A stretch of 64,000 nucleotides of DNA, taken from contig OZ024741.1 of the NCBI GenBank assembly GCA_964016885.1, forward strand, positions 95,914,001-95,978,000, written 5' to 3'. The stretch's first letter is position 1, and each line of letters begins with the position of its first letter. The notes below the pieces were generated by a model. The model was not told the origin of the DNA. It worked only from the letters and a program-made list of their open reading frames with translations, and did no database searches. Below are positions 55,574-64,000 of this stretch, in pieces. This stretch comes from Eledone cirrhosa (Eukaryota). The translations under genes were made by a program, and so were the position numbers.

Positions 55574-58500
55574 ATCAATTGAGAGTTGGCTGTTTGAACG
55601 CGCGTGGCCTGAGCTCAGCTTGGAAGCAAGCAAAGCTTCTAAGTGACCTCAGGTCACAAAGTATAGATGTGATGGTTGTTTGCGAGAGTCGGATCAGCAG
55701 CGTGAGACAGCTGGCGCCCGCCTTCGATGACTTTGAGATGCACGCATCTCTCTGTCAACCCGGAGGCGGGGGGGGAGTTGCCGTACTGCTGGATAAACGT
55801 CTGACTCTCGACGTACAGATTGTTCACTCGGACCCGGGGGGTCGATTACTGGTGCTGGACGTCGGAGGTGGTGAAGGCGGGGCTTTCAGACTGGTCGGTC
55901 TTTATGCTCCCTTCGGGGCGGAGAGAGCCGACTTCTTCCAACGTCTGGAGACTTTTCTAGGAACGTCGCGTTCCCTGCTTTTAGTGGGGGACTGGAATGG
56001 AATCCTAGATGCGCGTTGGGACTATGCAGGGGCATGTCCCGATAGAGGGGGGTGTAGCAGCCTCAAGGGGTTACTCGATCGATTCGACCTGGTCGATAGA
56101 TTTCGACTAGATTGTCCAACTGCGCCAACCTGGACCTGGGCAAACCGCAGTGGACAATCTAGATCGTACCTAGATAGGTTTTTGGTTAGGAGTAAGGATA
56201 GGGACGTATTTAGTTGTCCAGAACTGATCATGGTTGGCTATTCAGATCACAAATTAGTGACCTGCGTGGTCAACCTTGATAGAACGCATAGACAGGGTCC
56301 CGGTTACTGGAAGATGAACTTGTCCTTACCGACAAAGAAAGATTACAGAAACCGGATTAGTAGCTTAGTTAAGATGCGGTTGACGGGAGCGATCGTCAAC
56401 AGTAGGTGGTGGATATCTCTAAAGAGAGAGATTAGAGTAAGTTCGATAGGTTACAGTAAGGAACTAGCGGCGAATAGAAATAGGAGGGAAAGGGAGTTAA
56501 CAGATAAACTAGAAGAGGCGATTAGGAGCGGAGACGTAGCCAGAGTGTTAGCGACGAGAACGGCATTGAGCCAGTTCTTTGACGCGAAGCACGAAGGCTG
56601 CGTTGTCCGAAGTAAAATACGTGCTTTAGGAAACGAGGGGACCAAAGCTGTTAGCTGGGCCCGCGTGACAGAAGCCAAGAGTGGGATTAAATCCACCATT
56701 CGGTCTTTGCGAGACCAGGATGGACGGGTGATCCTTGAACCTGAGCGAATGTGCGAGACCTTTCAAAGGCACTTTGCTCGACTGTTCGGAGGTGGCGGGG
56801 GGCCGGACGGGGATGTGGACTTCGGTCCATACCTCGACGGTCTACCGCGTCTTTCGAGCGGCGAAGCGGAGTGCTGCGAAGGGCCAATCACAGCCACTGA
56901 AATCGGGGAAGCGCTCAGCCAATGCAGCAGACGCAAATCCCCGGGTCTCGATGGTCTACCATACGAACTTTATTTAGCTATGCCGGTCTTGTTCTCCGAA
57001 CTCCTCGAGGCTGTCTATTGCAACTGGCAACAGAACGGGAGAATTCCCTGTTCTGTGACCAAGGGCGTGGTCACGCTAGTGAGGAAGGACGAGAGCAAGG
57101 GGGACGACTTAAGTAACTTTAGGCCCATAACTCTGCTGAATGCAGAGTTACAGATTTTGGCCAAGGTGTTGGCGAAGAGGTTGGCGCTTGTGGTGGGTGG
57201 TTTGGTGGGAGACGCGCAGACATGCGCTATCCCGTCCAGGTCCATTCACGACAACCTCCACCTCATGCGATACATCATAGAGAGGGTTGGCTACGAACCC
57301 GGCTTTGGTGGGGCCCTGATCAACTTGGATCAATCTAAGGCGTTCGATAGGGTCGACCATGGTTACCTGGATGCGGTGCTAGCGGCGGCGGGCTTCGGAC
57401 CCGTTTTCAGGGGCTGGATTTCTGCCATGCACAGTGGCAACATCTACTCTAGGATTAAAGTAAACGGCTACCTCTCGGAGCCGTTTCAAATCACCCGATC
57501 CATCAGACAGGGGTGCCCCCTCTCCTCCCTTCTGTACGTATTGACTCTCGAGCCACTGCTGCGGAAGTTGGAGTTGCTGCGGGGCATACCCCTGGAACCG
57601 GGATTGCACAAAGCGGTCTCGGCCTATGCCGACGACGTAACAGTAATGGTGGCGGACGCCTCGGAAATCGGGGCGATCGCCACCCTACTGGAGGAATACG
57701 AAAGGCTGACGGGGGCTAAGCTGAACCAGGACAAGTCAGTCGGTTTGCAACTCGGAACGTGGAGGGGCAAACCGATGCCGTTAGACGGTGTCGTCGGGCG
57801 GTGGACGGAGGGCCCGGTGAAGCTGCTCGGGGTCTGGTTCGGACCGGACCTCCAGGTGGAGAAGAATTGGGGCGAGGTGACGAGCAGGGTGTTTGCGCTG
57901 ACCCAGAAGTGGGCCAAGTGCAAACTATCACTGAAAGGTCGGGCGGAGGTGACGAACGCTTACATAGCGTCCGTCATCTACTACCGCCTGACCGTCGTGC
58001 CTTGCCCCAAGGAAAAGCTCACCATCATGGAACGCATGCTCTTCCAGTTCCTCTGGAAGAAGCGGCCTCCCATGGTGAGGAGATCCATCTGCTGCCAGCA
58101 CCCTTCGAAAGGAGGGCTGGGTATGCCGTGGCTGTTGATGCGTAGGCACGCATTGAGGCTACGGCATCTACAGGTATTCCTCAACGGTCAGCCGGTGTGG
58201 GCCCCGTTTGTGAGGCGAGCCTTCCCACAGCTCGTCTCGCTCACCGAACTGCAATCCTGGGTGAAGCAAAGACCGAGAAAACTGGGCAACTGGCACACTG
58301 AGTGTGCCCAGGCGCTCACGGCTATCTGGCAAGCGGACCCGACTGTCAGTGGAGAATCCACCTCGACATTCTATAGAGGGTTGGTGGCTAGCAGGGGCGA
58401 CGACACCCTTGGAGAGTCGCTAGGCATGGAGGAGGACGAACTGGCCAGCCTGTTCGGTAGAACTTTCGGCCCGGGACCCATGGACAACTTCCAGAGGTCC

Positions 58501-59007
58501 CTAGCCTGGCAGTGTTACCGGGGGGCTCTGCCCGTTCGAGAAAAGCTCTACAGACACGGGCGCCCGGGCAGGGATCCCGCGAAAAAGATCTGTCCCAGAT
58601 GCGTGCGCGACGAGGAAACCGTTGCGCATGCACTGGTACACTGCCCGGGCGTTGCCGATCTGTGGGGCTACGTCGAACGACTGCTGTCGCGTGTGGCGCC
58701 GATTCGATTAACCGCCGAGTCTGTGGTGAACATCAAGCCGCCTCCTCCCTTCAGAAATGAAGCAGAGGCGGTCTTTCTGTGCGTAATAGCCATGATGAAA
58801 GAGGTTGTGTGGTGGACGCGCCTGAAAGGTCTGAGGTCGGGTGACTTTCTCTCCGGCCATCACCTGGTTTACTTCTTCCGATACCACTTCGGAAGAAGAA
58901 TCAGGATGGAGAGAGAAGTGCTTGGTCCCAGACAGTTTTATGAAAGGTGGGTGAAAGAAGCGAGAATGGCCCGTGTAAATGGGCCTTCTCTCTACATTGT
59001 TCTGTAG
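55570..59007 (+). CDS. Copy E ORF2, APE endonuclease plus reverse transcriptase plus C-terminal CCHC finger
   Basis: Uninterrupted frame with CLNARG, CE, YAP, GDWN, SYLDRFL, SDHK (APE); RPITLLN, DQSKAFDRV, RQGCPLS, YADD (RT); CPRC-x8-H-x4-C. The codon aligned to the A/D start is ATA at 55570. Confidence 0.95.
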   Translation: MDQLRVGCLNARGLSSAWKQAKLLSDLRSQSIDVMVVCESRISSVRQLAPAFDDFEMHASLCQPGGGGGVAVLLDKRLTLDVQIVHSDPGGRLLVLDVGGGEGGAFRLVGLYAPFGAERADFFQRLETFLGTSRSLLLVGDWNGILDARWDYAGACPDRGGCSSLKGLLDRFDLVDRFRLDCPTAPTWTWANRSGQSRSYLDRFLVRSKDRDVFSCPELIMVGYSDHKLVTCVVNLDRTHRQGPGYWKMNLSLPTKKDYRNRISSLVKMRLTGAIVNSRWWISLKREIRVSSIGYSKELAANRNRRERELTDKLEEAIRSGDVARVLATRTALSQFFDAKHEGCVVRSKIRALGNEGTKAVSWARVTEAKSGIKSTIRSLRDQDGRVILEPERMCETFQRHFARLFGGGGGPDGDVDFGPYLDGLPRLSSGEAECCEGPITATEIGEALSQCSRRKSPGLDGLPYELYLAMPVLFSELLEAVYCNWQQNGRIPCSVTKGVVTLVRKDESKGDDLSNFRPITLLNAELQILAKVLAKRLALVVGGLVGDAQTCAIPSRSIHDNLHLMRYIIERVGYEPGFGGALINLDQSKAFDRVDHGYLDAVLAAAGFGPVFRGWISAMHSGNIYSRIKVNGYLSEPFQITRSIRQGCPLSSLLYVLTLEPLLRKLELLRGIPLEPGLHKAVSAYADDVTVMVADASEIGAIATLLEEYERLTGAKLNQDKSVGLQLGTWRGKPMPLDGVVGRWTEGPVKLLGVWFGPDLQVEKNWGEVTSRVFALTQKWAKCKLSLKGRAEVTNAYIASVIYYRLTVVPCPKEKLTIMERMLFQFLWKKRPPMVRRSICCQHPSKGGLGMPWLLMRRHALRLRHLQVFLNGQPVWAPFVRRAFPQLVSLTELQSWVKQRPRKLGNWHTECAQALTAIWQADPTVSGESTSTFYRGLVASRGDDTLGESLGMEEDELASLFGRTFGPGPMDNFQRSLAWQCYRGALPVREKLYRHGRPGRDPAKKICPRCVRDEETVAHALVHCPGVADLWGYVERLLSRVAPIRLTAESVVNIKPPPPFRNEAEAVFLCVIAMMKEVVWWTRLKGLRSGDFLSGHHLVYFFRYHFGRRIRMEREVLGPRQFYERWVKEARMARVNGPSLYIVL

Positions 59008-59239
59008 GTGAAGAAGTGAAGAGGAAAGGGGGAGCGCCTCCTCTCTGGGCTTCCCCCGCGAAAAGAGTTGCACACTTTTCGGGGGTATGTGCAATCCCCA
59101 ACACGCCCCCTCCCTTTTGAGGACTTTTTATTGTTATATTATTATTGTTATTCCTTTTTTCTTTACTCGATTTATGTAAACTCCCCCACTGTGTAAATGT
59201 CCCCTTCTTTTGTGCCCTCGTGGCAAATAAATAGAAATT

Positions 59240-59272
<33 letters not shown>

Positions 59273-59276
59273 ATCT

Positions 59277-59542
59277 ATGGGCCTTCTCTCTATATCAGCC
59301 TGTAGGTTGAGGAAAAGGAGGAGGAGAGGAAAGGAGTACAAGCTCTTCGTACTCCTGGAGATGAGGGTTGCACATTTTTTTCGGGGGTCTGTGTTACCCA
59401 TATAAACTGTCTCCCTCTATTGGGGAAAATCGACTAACTTTTAAATTCCATCTGTGATAACATTTTACACGTTTTTATTGTATGTAAACTTCCCCCTTTG
59501 TATTTGTCCCCTTCTTTTGTGCCCCTGTGGCTAATAAAGAAA
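59277..59542 (+). mobile_element. Copy F, essentially 3' UTR only
   Basis: atgggccttctctctatatcagcctgtag (stop 59305) plus a 3' UTR nearly matching copy C, AATAAA at 59533 and TATC repeats on both sides. Confidence 0.92.
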
Positions 59543-59607
59543 TATATCTATCTATCTATATATCTATCTTTCTTTCTTTCTTTCTCTATTTCTATCTATC
59601 TAGCTGT

Positions 59608-59703
<96 letters not shown>

Positions 59704-59712
59704 GCCAGTCTA

Positions 59713-59751
<39 letters not shown>

Positions 59752-59799
59752 GCGTCTCCCTCACTCTCTCTATCTTTCTTTCTATCTAACTATTTTTTG

Positions 59800-59842
<43 letters not shown>

Positions 59843-59980
59843 ACCAATCTCCCTCTCTCTACATATATACCTAGCCTACAACACACGTCCACATATGCAT
59901 TAGAGAGAGTGAGAAAGAAAGAGAGAGAGAGAGGGAGAGAGAGCGAGCGAGAGCGAGAGAGGAGAAGAGAGAAAGAGAAA
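59543..59980. repeat. Compound (TATC)/(TTTC)/(CT)/(AT)/(GTCT)/(GA) microsatellites
   Basis: Directly visible. Confidence 0.93.
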
Positions 59981-60134
59981 GAAGCGAAAAGGAAACAAGC
60001 CTGTATGATATAGATATCTGGCTGATTACATACTTGTAAGTGACATGTGTCTTTGTGCAGCGGTGACATTGATGTTCTGGCAAGCAAAGACTGGATGATA
60101 TGATTAATACTGGTTATATTGGTTATTGATAGAT

Positions 60135-63100
60135 GCCATGGTTAGTGCTGGGTAAAGTGGCTAGTGTTGGATGTAGTGGTTAGTGTTGGATATGATGTTT
60201 AGCGTCGGGTGTAGTAATTAGTGTTGGGTATAGTAGTTAGTGTTGGGTACAGTAATTAGTGTTGGATGTAGTGGTTAGTGTTGGATATGATGTTTAGCGT
60301 TGGGTGTAGTAATTAGTGTTGGGTATAGTAGTTAGTGTTGGATGTAGTGGTTAGTGCTGGATGTAGTGGTTAGTGTTGGATGTAGTGGTTAGTGCTGGAT
60401 ATGATGTTTAGCGTCGGGTGTAGTAATTAGTGTTGGGTATAGTAGTTAGTGTTGGATGTAGTGGTTAGTGTTGGATGTAGTGGTTAGTGTTGGATATGAT
60501 GTTTAGCGTCGGGTGTAGTAATTAGTGTTGGGTATAGTAGTTAGTGTTGGGTGTAGTAATTTGTGTTGGATGTAGTGGTTAGTGTTGGATATGATGTTTA
60601 GCGTTGGGTGTAGTAATTAGTGTTGGGTATAGTAGTTAGTGTTGGATGTAGTGGTTAGTGTTGGATGTAGTGGTTAGTGCTGGATATGATGTTTAGCGTG
60701 GGTGTAGTAGTTAGTGTTGGGTATAGTAGTTAGTGTTGGGTGTAGTAATTAGTGTTGGATGTAGTGGTTAGTGTTGGATATGATGTTTAGCGTCGGGTGT
60801 AGTAATTAGTGTTGGGTGTAGTGGTTAGTGTTGGATGTAGTGGTTAGTGTTGGATGTAGTGGTTAGTGCTGGATATGATGTTTAGCGTCGGGTGTAGTAA
60901 TTAGTGTTGGGTATAGTAGTTACGGTTGGGTGTAGTGGTTAGTGTTGGATGTAGTGGTTAGTGTTGGATGATGTTTAGCCTTGGGTGTAGTAATTAGTGT
61001 TGGGTGTAGTGGTTAGTGTTGGATGTAGTGGTTAGTGTTGGATGTAGTGGTTAGTGTTGGATATGATGTTTAGCGTAGGGTGTAGTAATTAGTGTTGGGT
61101 GTAGTGGTTAGTGTTGGATGTAGTGGTTAGTGTTGGATGTAGTGGTTAGTGTTGGATATGATGTTTAGAGTCGGGTGTAGTAATTAGTGTTGGGTGTAGT
61201 GGTTAGTGTTGGATGTAGTGGTTAGTGTTGTATATGATGTTTAGCGTCGGGTGTAGTATTTAGTGTTGGGTGTAGTTGTTAGTGTTGGATGTAGTGGTTA
61301 GTTTTGGATGTAGTGGTTAGTGTTGGATATGATGTTTAGCGTCGGGTGTAGTAATTAGTGTTGGGTGTAGTGGTTAGTGTTGGATGTAGTGGTTAGTGTT
61401 GGATATGATGTTTAGCGTCGGGTGTAGTAATTAGTGTTGGGTGTAGTGGTTAGTGTTGGATGTAGTGGTTAGTGTTGGATGATGTTTAGCCTTGGGTGTA
61501 GTAATTAGTGTCGGGTGTAGTGGTTAGTGTTGGATGTAGTGGTTAGTGTTGGATGTAGTGGTTAGTGTTGGATATGATGTTTAGCGTCGGGTGTAGTAAT
61601 TAGTGTTGGGTGTAGTGGTTAGTGTTGGATGTAGTGGTTAGTGTTGGATGATGTTTAGCCTTGGGTGTAGTAATTAGTGTCGGGTGTAGTTGTTAGTGTT
61701 GGATGTAGTGGTTAGTGTTGGATGTAGTGGTTAGTGTTGGATATGATGTTTAGCGTCGGGTGTAGTAATTAGTGTTGGGTGTAGTGGTTAGTGTTGGATG
61801 TAGTGGTTAGTGTTGGATATGATGTTTAGCGTCGGGTGTAGTAATTAGTGTTGGGTGTAGTGGTTAGTGTTGGATGTAGTGGTTAGTGTTGGATATGATG
61901 TTTAGCGTCGGGTGTAGTAATTAGTGTTGGGTGTAGTTGTTAGTGTTGGATGTAGTGGTTAGTGTTGGATGATGTTTAGCCTTGGGTGTAGTAATTAGTG
62001 TTGGGTGTAGTGGTTAGTGTTGGATGTAGTGGTTAGTGTTGGATGATGTTTAGCCTTGGGTGTAGTAATTAGTGTCGGGTGTAGTGGTTAGTGTTGGATG
62101 TAGTGGTTAGTGTTGGATGTAGTGGTTAGTGTTGGATATGATGTTTAGCATTGGGTGTAGTAATTAGTGTTGGGTGTAGTTGTTAGTGTTGGATGTAGTG
62201 GTTAGTGTTGGATGATGTTTAGCCTTGGGTGTAGTAATTAGTGTTGGGTGTAGTTGTTAGTGTTGGATGTAGTGGTTAGTGTTGGATGTAGTGGTTAGTG
62301 TTGGATATGATGTTTAGCATTGGGTGTAGTAATTAGTGTTGGGTGTAGTTGTTAGTGTTGGATGTAGTGGTTAGTGTTGGATGATGTTTAGCCTTGGGTG
62401 TAGTAATTAGTGTTGGGTGTAGTTGTTAGTGTTGGATGTAGTGGTTAGTGTTGGATGATGTTTAGCCTTGGGTGTAGTAATTAGTGTTGGGTGTAGTTGT
62501 TAGTGTTGGATGTAGTGGTTAGTGTTGGATGATGTTTAGCCTTGGGTGTAGTAATTAGTGTTGGGTGTAGTTGTTAGTGTTGGATGTAGTGGTTAGTGTT
62601 GGATGTAGTGGTTAGTGTTGGATGATGTTTAGCCTTGGGTGTAGTAATTAGTGTTGGGTGTAGTTGTTAGTGTTGGATGTAGTGGTTAGTGTTGGATGAT
62701 GTTTAGCCTTGGGTGTAGTAATTAGTGTTGGGTGTAGTTGTTAGTGTTGGATGTAGTGGTTAGTGTTGGATGTAGTGGTTAGTGTTGGATGATGCTTAGC
62801 CTTGGGTGTAGTAATTAGTGCCGGGTGTAGTGGTTAGTCTTGGATATGATGTTTAGCCTTGGGTGTAGTAATTAGTGTTGGGTGTAGTTGTTAGTGTTGG
62901 ATGTAGTGGTTAGTGTTGGATGATGTTTAGTCTTGGGTGTAGTAATTAGTGTTGGGTGTAGTTGTTAGTGTTGGATGTAGTGGTTAGTGTTGGATGATGT
63001 TTAGCCTTGGGTGTAGTAATTAGTGTTTGGTGTAGTGGTTAGTGTTGGATGATGATTAGCCTTGGGTGTAGTAATTAGTGTCGGGTGTAGTGGTTAGTGT

Positions 63101-64000
63101 TGGATATGATGTTTAGCCTTGGCTGTAGTAATTAGTGTTGGGTGTAGTTGTTAGTGTTGGATGTAGTGGTTAGTGTTGGATGATGTTTAGCCTTGGGTGT
63201 AGTAATTAGTGTTGGGTGTAGTTGTTAGTGTTGGATGTAGTGGTTAGTGTTGGATGATGTTTAGCCTTGGGTGTAGTAATTAGTGTTTAGTGTAGTGGTT
63301 AGTGTTGGATGATGTTTAGCCTTGGGTGTAGTAATTAGTGCCGGGTGTAGTTGTTAGTGTTGGATGTAGTGGTTAGTGTTGGATGTAGTGGTTAGTGTTG
63401 GATATGATGTTTAGCATTGGGTGTAGTAATTAGTGTTGAGTGTAGTTGTTAGTGTTGGATGTAGTGGTTAGTGTTGGATGATGTTTAGCCTTGGGTGTAG
63501 TAATTAGTGTTGGGTGTAGTTGTTAGTGTTGGATGTAGTGGTTAGTGTTGGATGATGTTTAGCGTTGGGTGAAGTAATTAGTGTTGGGTGTAGTTGTTAG
63601 TGTTGGATGTAGTGGTTAGTGTTGGATGATGTTTAGCCTTGGGTGTAGTAATTAGTGTTTAGTGTAGTGGTTAGTGTTGGATGATGTTTAGCCTTGGGTG
63701 CAGTAATTAGTGCCGGGTGTAGTTGTTAGTGTTGGATGTAGTGGTTAGTGTTGGATGATGTTTAGCCTTGGGTGTAGTAATTAGTGTTGGGTGTAGTTGT
63801 TAGTGTTGGATGTAGTGGTTAGTGTTGGATGATGTTTAGCCTTGGGTGTAGTAATTAGTGTTGGGTGTAGTTGTTAGTGTTGGATGTAGTGGTTAGTGTT
63901 GGATGTAGTGGTTAGTGTTGGATGATGTTTAGCCTTGGGTGTAGTAATTAGTGTTTAGTGTAGTGGTTAGTGTTGGATGATGTTTAGCCTTGGGTGTAGT
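60135..64000. repeat. G/T-rich satellite of 19-bp monomers with higher-order organisation, running off the window end
   Basis: Monomer types gtagtaattagtgttgggt, gtagtKgttagtgttggat and atgatgtttagcgtcgggt (or 17-nt gatgtttagccttgggt) recur in mostly 4-5-mer cycles. Confidence 0.97.

Larger units (their letters stand above)
53536..59239 (+). mobile_element. Full-length L1/Tx1-type retrotransposon, copy E, both ORFs open
   Basis: Flanked by (TATC)n at 53480-53535 and 59240-59278. AATAAA at 59226. Confidence 0.97.

Noticed and set aside
50709-59104. Recurrent antisense and alternate-frame ORFs inside ORF2 copies
   Set aside because: Expected shadows of GC-rich coding sequence; they recur only because the copies are homologous.

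Overview
Eukaryotic, AT-rich, microsatellite-dense animal DNA. The SINE types and repeat landscape suggest an octopus or other coleoid cephalopod (inference). No host gene can be called with confidence, and most ORFs in the track are translated microsatellites. The main content is six copies of one L1/Tx1-type non-LTR retrotransposon lineage, all on the + strand, in two head-to-tail clusters (29.5-38.3 kb and 47.7-59.5 kb), each copy flanked by (TATC)n. Three are full length and one (53536-59239) has both ORFs open. In the full-length copies ORF2 sits exactly inside a predicted GT-AG intron: a donor at the end of ORF1 and an acceptor at the ORF2 stop codon. In two copies splicing would rebuild the ORF1 Arg-stop ending. 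The elements also share UTR hairpins, a UAG-dense patch and an unassigned ORF1 C-terminal domain. Also present: decayed Penelope-like, RTE-like, R4-like and Helitron fragments, hammerhead-like remnants, tRNA-derived SINEs, a 1.5-kb nested palindrome, a 36-bp minisatellite born from a SINE junction, and a 19-bp higher-order satellite running off the window end.
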